A program made the position numbers and the translations under genes. Shown in pieces: positions 28,588 to 37,544 of a stretch of DNA of 64,000 nucleotides. Every line of letters starts with the position of its first letter. The first letter of the stretch is position 1. Under the pieces are notes generated by a model. It was not told the origin of the DNA and searched no databases. It saw nothing but the letters and a program-made list of their open reading frames with translations. Source of the DNA: Gammaproteobacteria bacterium (lineage in GTDB: Bacteria; Pseudomonadota; Gammaproteobacteria; CBDBNL01; JAAOII01); the NCBI GenBank assembly GCA_965209035.1, contig OZ242372.1, forward strand, positions 1,088,001 through 1,152,000, written 5' to 3'.

Positions 28588-30321
28588 GTGCTGAGTGCTG
28601 CGTCCGGGCGGGCCGGGGCAGTGGGCTCGGGGGCGGTATTGAGGCAGGCGGGCATTCATTTGGGTGAAAACTTGAATCGGGTTTTAGGCCTGTGCCTGCT
28701 GCTCGTTCTTGCAAGCAGTGGTATGGTATGTGCGGATGAGTATTCGGCAAAACAGGGCGGGGGCGGCGAGAGGATCCGCCTGGCGGCGGAAGATGCCGAC
28801 AACGGCGATCTGTTCATCATTGAAGAATCTACAGAGGAGACGGATGCCAGAACGGGGGATCGGGGGAATGGAAAAAATCGGGGTTGGGAGTATATGACGA
28901 AGCATTTCGGCGGCGAGGTGATAGGCTCTTATGCGGGCATCGGCGACGCAAACAACGAGAGGTCGGGGCTGCAGGGAAGGCTGCGGTTCCGGGAAGATTG
29001 GTCTTGGGGCGGCGCGGTGGTGGAGGCGATTGCCTACTATTCAAGAGTGGATCTGACCCTGGGGCGCGGCGAGAACGGCGGCGAAGATGTGTTTAGCCAA
29101 ACTTTTGAAGCGAGCGACCAAATGCTGCGCGAGGCCTATGTGCGCGCCGACCCGTTTGAGTGGTGGCGGCTGATAGCCGGGCGGCAGGTGGTGTCGATCG
29201 GGCAGTTTGATATTTTTTCGCCGGTGGATTTTGTGTTGCCGGTGGATTTTACCAACACGCGCCTTTCTTACAACAAGGTGGAATACCGCTTACCGCAGGA
29301 CGCCTTGCGGAATAATTTTTACTTTGGCGGCAACTGGCGGCTTGAAACAGTTTGGTTTCCCACTCTCCGCACGGACGATTTTACGCGTGTGGTGCAGTCG
29401 GCGCCGCAACAATATTATGACCCGACGCTGGGGCCGGAGGGCCGGGATGTGACGGTGAAAACCGAATTCCCCGCGGACGAAAATCAATACTTACTTCGGT
29501 TGATCTATGAGGGAAATGACCTCACTTATGGCTTCACTTTTTATGACGGTTACGATCTGTTTGCACTCGGCGGTGCGACGCATGTTTTGCGTAAGGGTGT
29601 GGGGCCGGGGCCTCCGGACGAACAGCGACAAGCGGATTGGTATTATCGGGAGATCCGGCCGAGCACGCAACGCCGGCGTGCCTATGGGTTTGAGTTGGCA
29701 AAACAGATTAAGAAGTTTTCTGTGAAGTTTGAAATTCTGGCGGAACGGGGAATAGAGATTTTGAACTTTATCACAAGTCCCGTTGAACTCCTGAACGCCG
29801 ACGAGAGGAGATATGTTAATTTTATCCGAGACGAGAACGGCGGCCGGCTGGATGTGGAAAGGGAGCAGATACTCGCCGCGTTGGGGTTTGACTATTACGG
29901 CGACAAGAATTTCTTTAATGTGTATCTGCTCGGCTTTCAAGAGTTTTTGGACAGTCGCAGCCGGCGCGCGGTTGAACTGGCGGATCGTGCCTATCCGGAG
30001 CAAACTGTGATCAATGCCAATGTGTTTCCGGCATTTAATATGGGCGGTTTTTACGGCGAGCGCAAACAACACACGGTGGGTTTTATCGGCGGTTTTTTGA
30101 GTTTTGCCCTGGGCGGAAGTTTGTATTATCTGAACGACTATTACGAGTCGTTTCAATATGGGGTTTCGTTGGAAGCATTACAGTATCTGAGTAACGCTGT
30201 TTACGGGCAACAAGCGGCAAATGAAGACGATGAAACCATGGCCGTCGGCGACGAAATGGGAGTCCAACAACGCAACCCCGTTACAGTCGGCTTGCGGGTC
30301 GGGTTTGAGTATAGTTTCTGA
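28588..30321 (+). CDS. Outer-membrane beta-barrel protein, paralog 2
   Basis: Long identical blocks with 26342-28042; terminal GFEYSF; start uncertain. Confidence 0.75.
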   Translation: MLSAASGRAGAVGSGAVLRQAGIHLGENLNRVLGLCLLLVLASSGMVCADEYSAKQGGGGERIRLAAEDADNGDLFIIEESTEETDARTGDRGNGKNRGWEYMTKHFGGEVIGSYAGIGDANNERSGLQGRLRFREDWSWGGAVVEAIAYYSRVDLTLGRGENGGEDVFSQTFEASDQMLREAYVRADPFEWWRLIAGRQVVSIGQFDIFSPVDFVLPVDFTNTRLSYNKVEYRLPQDALRNNFYFGGNWRLETVWFPTLRTDDFTRVVQSAPQQYYDPTLGPEGRDVTVKTEFPADENQYLLRLIYEGNDLTYGFTFYDGYDLFALGGATHVLRKGVGPGPPDEQRQADWYYREIRPSTQRRRAYGFELAKQIKKFSVKFEILAERGIEILNFITSPVELLNADERRYVNFIRDENGGRLDVEREQILAALGFDYYGDKNFFNVYLLGFQEFLDSRSRRAVELADRAYPEQTVINANVFPAFNMGGFYGERKQHTVGFIGGFLSFALGGSLYYLNDYYESFQYGVSLEALQYLSNAVYGQQAANEDDETMAVGDEMGVQQRNPVTVGLRVGFEYSF

Positions 30322-30535
30322 TAGTGTTTTAAGCCGGCGGCGTCCCAATGATTGACGGCATCCGGTAAATACTTTTTTGAATCTCCTATGAAGGAAGTGC
30401 CAAACCGGGGCGGTTGCCTGTTCCGCCGCCATCCGACAAATACTTCTTTGAATCTTCTTTGAAGGAAGCAGCCAAAGATTCGTTCCGGTTGTATGGGTCT
30501 CGGGAAGTTCGGAAAGTGCCTTTAGTTAATCGTCT

Positions 30536-30636
30536 TATAATAAGCAATGTACAGCCAAGATCTGAGGCACAGGTAAACTCTGTGTAGGAGTGACGGGCCC
30601 CGCCCCCCGACATGCAAATGTTGGGGGTGCTTTTTT
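30536..30636 (+). ncRNA. NYN-associated small-RNA unit 1 (type A)
   Basis: TATAAT, hairpin GCACAG-N7-CTGTGT, hairpin CCCCCGACAT-GCAA-ATGTTGGGGG, T6 tract. Confidence 0.6.
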
Positions 30637-30653
30637 AAACCATCCAAACAATT

Positions 30654-30667
30654 TCCGTTATAACGGA
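30654..30667. promoter_or_regulatory. Palindrome TCCGTTATAACGGA (also 32241-32254, 32413-32430; variant at 32598-32611)
   Basis: Perfect 14-18 bp palindrome in the spacers, ending ~40-43 bp before the next TATAAT. Confidence 0.55.
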
Positions 30668-30710
30668 GAAAACATAAGATCTCGGGAAGTGTTTTTTTAG
30701 TTAATCGTCT

Positions 30711-30811
30711 TATAATAAGCAATGTACAGCCAAGATCTGAGGCACAGGTAAACTCTGTGTAGGAGTGACGGGCCCCGCCCCCCGACATGCAAATGTTGGG
30801 GGTGCTTTTTT
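30711..30811 (+). ncRNA. NYN-associated small-RNA unit 2 (type A)
   Basis: Identical to unit 1, 175 bp downstream. Confidence 0.6.
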
Positions 30812-30982
30812 AAACCCCCAATACAATTTTTCGAAACACCGAATACGACTTCGTTTCACCGGTCACCGCCTTTGGGTGAAAATGAGCATTCCCCAAAGTG
30901 CCAAAACCCACCCGCAACTATGTTGTTTGCATAAGGGTGCGGTACATAATCCGCAAATCGGTGTTTTTTTAGTTAATCGTCT

Positions 30983-31083
30983 TATAATGGATAATGATCA
31001 GCCAAGATCTGAGGCACAGGTAAACTCTGTGTAGGAGTGACGGGCCCCGCCCCCCGACATGCAAATGTTGGGGGTGCTTTTTT
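30983..31083 (+). ncRNA. NYN-associated small-RNA unit 3 (type A)
   Basis: Same core; differs only in the ~10 nt after TATAAT. Confidence 0.6.
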
Positions 31084-31235
31084 AAACCCCCGATACAATT
31101 TTTTCGAAACACGAGATATGCCACCGTTTCACCGGTCACCGCCTTTGGGTGAAAATGAGCATTTCCAAAAGCACCAAAACCCACCCGCAACTATGTTGTT
31201 TGCCCAAAAACACGGTATAGCTGCTGTTGTGTATG

Positions 31236-31244
31236 TGATATAAT
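31236..31244 (+). promoter_or_regulatory. Extended -10 promoter (TGaTATAAT) of the NYN gene
   Basis: Ends 16 nt before the ATG; no SD visible. Confidence 0.55.
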
Positions 31245-31260
31245 AACCGAAAATTTTTAT

Positions 31261-32091
31261 ATGTCTAAGCTTAAATATCCTATGAAGCCAAAGGTTTGTG
31301 CTTATGTTGACGGGTATAACCTGTATTACGGATGTCTTAAAGACAATCCGCAATATAAGTGGCTGGATGTTACAAAATTTTTGGAGTTGTTATTGGGCGG
31401 TTCTTATGATATTGGCAAAATCAAGTACTTTACGGCACGCATTAAGAGTTTATACTTACCGACTCTAAAAAATGTAAATGCAACAAAAGAAGATGAAAGA
31501 GAAAGAGAACAAGAACAAAAAAAAGAAAGACAGGCAGCCTACCTAAGGGCGTTAAAGACTCATTCTCGTATAGAAATTATAAAAGGCCATTATGTTGCTC
31601 GCAATGAAGCGAAAAAAGTTCCCGAGGTTAAGAATAAGAATAAGAAGTTGTACTTTACAGGGCGTAATGTTTTCATAAGAAAAGTTGAAGAAAAAGGAAC
31701 CGATGTTAATCTTGCCGTTCATCTACTTGCCGATGCCTTTCGTGATAGATATGATAGGGCTGTTGTCGTGAGTGCCGACACAGATTTAAGGCAAGCGATC
31801 GAGATGGTCAAAAAAGAGTGCAGCAAACCGGTGAGTGTTATCAATCCAAATATAAACAATCTTCGTAGTGGACTGGAAAAAATTGCGGATGAGTATATTC
31901 CTTTGGGGAAAGACAAAATTCTCTCTTGTTCTTTCCTTGGTAAAGCACAACTACCCAATGAGATTCCTATAGAAGGATCATCAGATGTAATCAAGAAACC
32001 GGATTATTACAATGAACAAGTTGAAGAGATGCGTAATAATAGAAAAATAAGAGAAATTTTTGAAGATAATGCATATTATTTTCTTAAATAG
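31261..32091 (+). CDS. NYN domain (LabA/DUF88, PIN-fold) putative ribonuclease
   Basis: YVDGYNLY, EEKGTDVNLA and VSADTDL acidic motifs are all intact. Confidence 0.9.
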   Translation: MSKLKYPMKPKVCAYVDGYNLYYGCLKDNPQYKWLDVTKFLELLLGGSYDIGKIKYFTARIKSLYLPTLKNVNATKEDEREREQEQKKERQAAYLRALKTHSRIEIIKGHYVARNEAKKVPEVKNKNKKLYFTGRNVFIRKVEEKGTDVNLAVHLLADAFRDRYDRAVVVSADTDLRQAIEMVKKECSKPVSVINPNINNLRSGLEKIADEYIPLGKDKILSCSFLGKAQLPNEIPIEGSSDVIKKPDYYNEQVEEMRNNRKIREIFEDNAYYFLK

Positions 32092-32113
32092 CACTTTTTT
32101 TAGTTAATCGTCT

Positions 32114-32213
32114 TATAATAGGCAGCGACTAGCAAAGATCTGGTACACAGATTTTATCTGTGTAGGAGTGAAGGCCACGCCCCCCGGTATGCAAATGCCG
32201 GGGGCGTTTTTTT
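32114..32213 (+). ncRNA. NYN-associated small-RNA unit 4 (type B)
   Basis: TATAAT, hairpin ACACAGAT-TTT-ATCTGTGT, hairpin CCCCCGGTAT-GCAA-ATGCCGGGGG, T7 tract. Confidence 0.6.
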
Positions 32214-32296
32214 AATCCCTTTTTAATCCCCAATACAATTTCCGTTATAACGGAGAAAACACAAGACTTTGGGAAGTGTTTTTTAGTTAATCGTCT

Positions 32297-32397
32297 TATA
32301 ATGGATAACGACCAGCCAAGATCTGAGGCACAGGTAAACTCTGTGTAGGAGAGACGGGCCCCGCCCCCCGACATGCAAATGTTGGGGGTGCTTTTTT
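32297..32397 (+). ncRNA. NYN-associated small-RNA unit 5 (type A)
   Basis: Same core as units 1-3 with minor substitutions. Confidence 0.6.
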
Positions 32398-32470
32398 AAA
32401 CCCCCGATACAATCTCCGTTATAACGGAGAAAACACAAGATCTCGGGAAGTATTTTTTAGTTAATCGTCT

Positions 32471-32570
32471 TATAATAGGAAACGACTAGCAAAGATCTGA
32501 GGCACAGATTTTATCTGTGTAGGAGTGAAGGCCACGCCCCCCGGTATGCAAATGCCGGGGGCGTTTTTTT
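32471..32570 (+). ncRNA. NYN-associated small-RNA unit 6 (type B)
   Basis: Hairpins as in unit 4. Confidence 0.6.
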
Positions 32571-32733
32571 AAACCCTTTTTAATCCCCAATACAATTTCC
32601 GTTATAGCGGAGAATACGCGAGGCAGGTAATATCATAGATCCATCGGGTGCTGCAAATTGCCGAAGCCGAAAATGCATCCCCCGTTAATCCATTGAAAAT
32701 CTTTTATGTTATTGCCTGCCTTTAAAGAAGCAC

Positions 32734-33831
32734 TCACTTTGGGCTATTGCAAGCGCGTTTCCAGGCGGCGATAGCCGTTGCGCGCTTGGGGAAGTCCAGG
32801 TTATCACTCGGGCTGGCGACTATGCGTGCGCCCATCCAGGCGGCGAAGGACAGGCAGTCGGGCACACTCCAATCATTGAGCAGCGCGAAGATGTAGGCGG
32901 CGGCAAAAGCATCGCCCGCACCGGTGGGGTCCGCGAGTCGTTTTGCCGAAAAAGCTTTTTGGTATAAAAATTGGGGGGCGTGCCGGCTCTCTGATTTTCC
33001 CGCTTTCTCTGCTTTATCCGCTTCCTTTTGCTTCCGGTGGCGAATGATCGGCTCGGCAGATGCTCGGCTGCTTTTTTGCTTTGCATGGTCTCGCGGGTCC
33101 TGTCTCGCCGAAGCATAGGCACCCTTTTCGCCCGCCTTCAAAATGACTGTCTTGATGCCGAGCCCGTGAAGTTCCGCCGCCAGTTTGCGCGGCGGGATGC
33201 TCTTCGTCTTTTCTGTCAAAAGAAGCGTCGCCTCGTCCATGCCACCAAAAAAGATGTCGCACTCTTTTAGATAAGGAAAAAGGGAACGGCGAATGTCGTC
33301 CCGGTCGCGAAAGAGTTTGGGACGGATGTTGGGGTCAAAGCCGATGATGGCACCCTGTTTCTTTGCCATTCGGATTGCCTCGTTTAAGGTTCGCCGATTT
33401 TGAGGACTCAGGGCGGGGAAGATGCCCGTATGGTGAAAGTAGTCTATGCCCGAGAATAGTCGCGGTTTTAATGCTTCCCGCCCCAACGCGGAGCCGGCTG
33501 TGCCGATTCTGTAATAGTGGGAACGCGGATTTCGGCGGGCGTCGTATTCTTTCATCATGACGGGTGTCGGCCGCTCGGTGCGGGTGACTCCGTCCAGGCA
33601 AACACCCGCCTTTTCCAGCCTGTCTTGCAGGGCGGTGCCGAGCGAGTCCCGGCCGAACTCGCCGATGAGAGATGCTTCCAAGCCCAAGGCCGCGCAGCCC
33701 GTCAAGAAGTTCATTTCGGCGCCGGCAAAATCCATTAGGAGTGTTGTTGCCGTGTCAAAAGTGCCGTAGTTACGCGGGCGGATGATCGCCATGCAGTCAC
33801 CTACGGACAGGACGCGCCGAACGGGGATCAT
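32734..33831 (-). CDS. PfkB family sugar kinase (KdgK-like)
   Basis: AGAEMN, FDPNIRP and DPTGAGDAF motifs; carries a ~45-aa charged insertion. Confidence 0.88.
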   Translation of the reverse strand: MIPVRRVLSVGDCMAIIRPRNYGTFDTATTLLMDFAGAEMNFLTGCAALGLEASLIGEFGRDSLGTALQDRLEKAGVCLDGVTRTERPTPVMMKEYDARRNPRSHYYRIGTAGSALGREALKPRLFSGIDYFHHTGIFPALSPQNRRTLNEAIRMAKKQGAIIGFDPNIRPKLFRDRDDIRRSLFPYLKECDIFFGGMDEATLLLTEKTKSIPPRKLAAELHGLGIKTVILKAGEKGAYASARQDPRDHAKQKSSRASAEPIIRHRKQKEADKAEKAGKSESRHAPQFLYQKAFSAKRLADPTGAGDAFAAAYIFALLNDWSVPDCLSFAAWMGARIVASPSDNLDFPKRATAIAAWKRACNSPK

Positions 33832-34201
33832 GAGGTCATTGCCGACATGTGATTTTTATGCCGGAACAAATGCGGGCGGGCCGGCGTAACAGATTCAACA
33901 GGCGCGATCAAGAAGCCAGAAACGCAATGCGGGCATCTAATCATTGGGCAGTCGCCTACGGACAGAACGCACCGACGAATGATCACGCGCAACCGAACGC
34001 GGGGCACCGAACCAAGTACCGAACCAAGTATCGAATAATCCCCCAAAAGCCTGTGCTGCTCTCCGGCAAGCGCGCGGATGGACGCATGATCCGTGCGGCG
34101 GGGAGCATAGCGGGCGGCGGCGCATCCGCGGCCGGGGAGATGTCTGCAGGCGTCTGCGGGTTTCTGTGAGTGTCCGCGGATTTCACTTGGTGCGGGTCTG
34201 C

Positions 34202-35284
34202 TTAGCGGGATTGGCCGCGTGCGTCGATTGGGATGCGGGCAACGACTCGGTCGCCGTTCATCAAGAAGAAATGCGGGTGCAGATTAAAAGTGACGCAGAT
34301 GTGATTGGGGATCAAATGCACGCACTCGCCAACTTGCGGGGCGGGGCCGTCCGCGGGCAGGCGGACATAACCGTGTTCTTCGTTGAGGGCGTATATGCGC
34401 GCCTGCGGGTATTCCAAAATGACGCCAAAATCTTTGAAGCCGCCGGTTTCCGCGCTTAGGGTTTTGACGCCGGCATCTATGATTGCCCGGTCAGCGGTCG
34501 GACGGCTGACAACCGTCGTGCGGACCCGGACGGCCGCATCTTCCGGTTTGCAGACACCGGCGCGTGCCATCATCCGATCGTTAAAGATGTAGGTCCCGCT
34601 CCGGATTTCGGTCAGAATTTCCGCCTCGTGCTGTTGCAGCATATCCGGCGTATTGCCGCCGCTAATCCAATCGCATCTGAGATTTTTTCGGTCAAAACGC
34701 TCTTTGGCGGCGCGCAACCAGTCGGCAACCTTTTTTGTTTCGCCGGCCGGCGGATAAGTCATCAGGCCGCGCAGTTCCAGGCCGGGCAGTTGGTCAATGA
34801 TTTCCGCCAGGGCAACGGCAGCCGCCGGCGTTTGAACGCCGCAGCGTCCGAGTCCCGTATCGCATTCCACCAGAACCGCCGGGCTTTTATCGGAGCCGGC
34901 AAAGGTTTGGCTCAGCCCGCGAGCAACCTCCTCGCTGTCCGCCACGGTCGCCAAGCGACATTTGGCGGCAAGGGCTTTGAGACGGCTCAGTTTCCTTTCG
35001 CCGAGGATGTTGTAGGTGATCAGAATGTCCTCGCAGCCGGCGGCAACCATCACCTCCGCCTCGCCGACCTTCTGGCAGGTAATGCCGCCGGCACCGGCGG
35101 CGATCTGCCGGCGGGCAAGTTCGGACGACCTGTGGGTTTTGATGTGCGGGCGCAATCTCAAGCCGTGCTTATCGGCGTATCTCTGCAGGTTATTAATGTT
35201 TGCCATCACCCGCGCTTCGTCCGCCAGAAGGCAAGGCGTTTCCGGGTAAAGGTCCCGGGTGTCTTGGATATCTTGGGCGGGCAT
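34202..35284 (-). CDS. D-threonine aldolase/D-serine dehydratase (DSD1) family PLP enzyme
   Basis: LRPHIKTH PLP-lysine motif, GRCGV, SGTYIFND, EEHG, PNHIC. Confidence 0.9.
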   Translation of the reverse strand: MPAQDIQDTRDLYPETPCLLADEARVMANINNLQRYADKHGLRLRPHIKTHRSSELARRQIAAGAGGITCQKVGEAEVMVAAGCEDILITYNILGERKLSRLKALAAKCRLATVADSEEVARGLSQTFAGSDKSPAVLVECDTGLGRCGVQTPAAAVALAEIIDQLPGLELRGLMTYPPAGETKKVADWLRAAKERFDRKNLRCDWISGGNTPDMLQQHEAEILTEIRSGTYIFNDRMMARAGVCKPEDAAVRVRTTVVSRPTADRAIIDAGVKTLSAETGGFKDFGVILEYPQARIYALNEEHGYVRLPADGPAPQVGECVHLIPNHICVTFNLHPHFFLMNGDRVVARIPIDARGQSR

Positions 35285-35286
35285 CT

Positions 35287-35907
35287 CTAAGCGACCGCTT
35301 TTAAGAAAGAAGAAAGTTTCTTGACAACAACGGCGGCGGTATCGCCCGGTTGATAAACGGCACCGCCCAGTGCCACCGCCAGGGCGCCGGCTTGCAGATA
35401 CTCTTTGACCAGAGACGGCGTTACGGAACCGGTGGCGATGATAGGGGTCGGCGGCAACAGGGGCATCAGTGATTTGAGATAGCCGCTGCCGACTTCGCCG
35501 GCCGGGAAGAATTTGAGGATCTGCGCGCCGGCATCCAGCGCGGCAAATGCCTCGGTGGCGGTGTGAAAGCCGGGAACGAACGGCAAGCCGATGGTGCGGG
35601 CGTGGCGAATGACTTCCGCGGAGACATTCGGGGCAAGGGCATAGGTGCCGCCCGCATCCAGACAGGCGGTGGCGTCTTTCCGATTAAGCACTGTGCCGCC
35701 GCCGACAAGAATTTCCCGCTTGCGGGAAAGAAGACGAATGCAGTGCGCCGCGTCCGGCGATGTAAAAGGAACTTCTATGCAGCGGATACCCGCTTTGACG
35801 AGATGGTCGGCAATTTCTTCCGCATCGCCCGGCGGGACGCCGCGCAAAATGACGATGAACGGCAGTTCTTTCAGGGCGGCTAAGAGTCGGGCTTGCATTG
35901 TTTGCAT
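35287..35907 (-). CDS. dgoA: 2-dehydro-3-deoxy-6-phosphogalactonate/KDPG aldolase family (DgoA-like)
   Basis: ILRG, IEVPFTSP, GGTVL and TATEAFAALDAGAQILKFFPA closely match E. coli DgoA motifs. Confidence 0.75.
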   Translation of the reverse strand: MQTMQARLLAALKELPFIVILRGVPPGDAEEIADHLVKAGIRCIEVPFTSPDAAHCIRLLSRKREILVGGGTVLNRKDATACLDAGGTYALAPNVSAEVIRHARTIGLPFVPGFHTATEAFAALDAGAQILKFFPAGEVGSGYLKSLMPLLPPTPIIATGSVTPSLVKEYLQAGALAVALGGAVYQPGDTAAVVVKKLSSFLKAVA

Positions 35908-36821
35908 CTTTTAAAGCAAAGATTAGTTAAAGGTTTTCAAGCCCGGAGCGTCCCGGTGCCGCGGTGGCGTCTTTCCGATTAAGCACTGTGCCGCCGCCGA
36001 CAAGAATTTCCCGCTTGCGGGAAAGGAGGCGAATGCAATCCGCCGCGTCCGGCGATGTAAAAGGAACTTCTATGCAGCGGATACCCGCTTTGACGAGATG
36101 GTCGGCAATTTCTTCCGCATCGCCCGGCGGGACACCGCGCAAAATGGCAATGAACGGCAGTTCTTTCAGGGCGGCTAAGAGTCGGGCTTGCATTGTTTGT
36201 ATCCTTTAAAGCAAAGATTAGTTAAAGGTTTTCAAGCCCGGAGCGTCCCGGTGCCGCGGTGGCGTCTTGCCGATTAAGCACTGTGCCGCCGCCGACAAGA
36301 ATTTCCCGCTTGCGGGAAAGAAGACGAATGCAGTGCGCCGCGTCCGGCGATGTAAAAGGAACTTCTATGCAACGGATACCCGCTTTGACGAGATGGTCGG
36401 CAATTTCTTCCGCATCGCCCGGCGGGACGCCGCGCAAAATGACGATGAACGGCAGTTCTTTCAGGGCGGCTAAGAGTCGGGCTTGCATTGTTTGCATCTT
36501 TTAAAGCAAAGATTAGTTAAAGGTTTTCAAGCCCGGAGCGTCCCGGTGCCGCGGTGGCGTCTTGCCGATTAAGCACTGTGCCGCCGCCGACAAGAATTTC
36601 CCGCTTGCGGGAAAGAAGACGAATGCAGTGCGCCGCGTCCGGCGATGTAAAAGGAACTTCTATGCAACGGATACCCGCTTTGACGAGATGGTCGGCAATT
36701 TCTTCCGCATCGCCCGGCGGGACGCCGCGCAAAATGACGATGAACGGCAGTTCTTTCAGGGCGGCTAAGAGTCGGGCTTGCATTGTTTGCATCTTTTAAA
36801 GCAAAGATTAGTTAAAGGTTT
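35666..36821 (-). repeat. 295-bp tandem amplification giving three truncated 5' copies of the aldolase gene
   Basis: Units start at 35666, 35961, 36256 and 36551; ORFs 35927-36193, 36222-36497 and 36517-36792 all end ...DATAAPGRSGLENL. Confidence 0.95.
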
Positions 36822-36918
36822 CAACTCCTAGTCTTGCCGGCACCGTTGCCTTTTCCCGACTTGCCGTCATCTGTCTGTAACTCTCTCGCTTCTTCGGACG
36901 GTGATTAGAGACGGAATA

Positions 36919-37305
36919 CTATGTTGCCTTTTTGTAGGCAATCACATCCATTTCTATTTTGGCGTCCACCACCAACTGCGACCGGACGGTGGAGCGCGCC
37001 GGCTGATGATCGCCGAAGCATTCGGCATAGACGCGGTTGAAGCTCCAAAAGTCGCGCGGGTCATCCAGCCAAACATTGACCTTGACCACATCTTGCAGAG
37101 TGCATCCCGCCATTTCCAGCACGGCGGTTATGTTTTCCATGGTGCGTCGCGTCTGGGCTTCAATGCCGCCGGGGACAATTTCGCCCTTCGCATCCATCGC
37201 CACCTGACCCGAGACATAGACAAAGTCGCCGGCACGCACGGCCGGCGAAAATGGCAGGGGCTGACCGCCTGCGCCGGTTTTTTTGTTTCCAATTTTTTCT
37301 ATCAT
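36919..37305 (-). CDS. RidA/YjgF family protein
   Basis: FSPAV...YVSGQ...FNRVY...PARS...IEMD. Confidence 0.92.
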   Translation of the reverse strand: MIEKIGNKKTGAGGQPLPFSPAVRAGDFVYVSGQVAMDAKGEIVPGGIEAQTRRTMENITAVLEMAGCTLQDVVKVNVWLDDPRDFWSFNRVYAECFGDHQPARSTVRSQLVVDAKIEMDVIAYKKAT

Positions 37306-37544
37306 GTTGTTCTCCTTAATAATAGTAAGTTAAATAAAAATTGTTTGGCCTGTTTGGGCTATTTAGATCATGCCGCCGGCCGCCTTGCCGACGCGGGCGG
37401 CTTTGAGTGCGGCTTCGAATGCGGCTTTGAGTGCATTCCGCACCTCAGATCCCGCGCCTCGTATCCCGTATCTTGCCCGCGCGCCCCTTGCCACGCTTTT
37501 TGCCGAAACATCATTACAAACATTATGCGTCAAAAGATAAAAGA

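Noticed and set aside
30386-32374. Small ORFs MSGGGARH... and MTGPAPRH... as peptide toxins
   Set aside because: They arise from the repeat itself, differ in length and termini between copies, and the GTG is lost in unit 5; the RNA-structure signal is stronger, though a peptide is not fully excluded
30521-32612. CRISPR array interpretation of the repeats around NYN
   Set aside because: Conserved units are ~115 bp, the intervening sequences are themselves repeated rather than unique spacers, and there are no cas genes in the window
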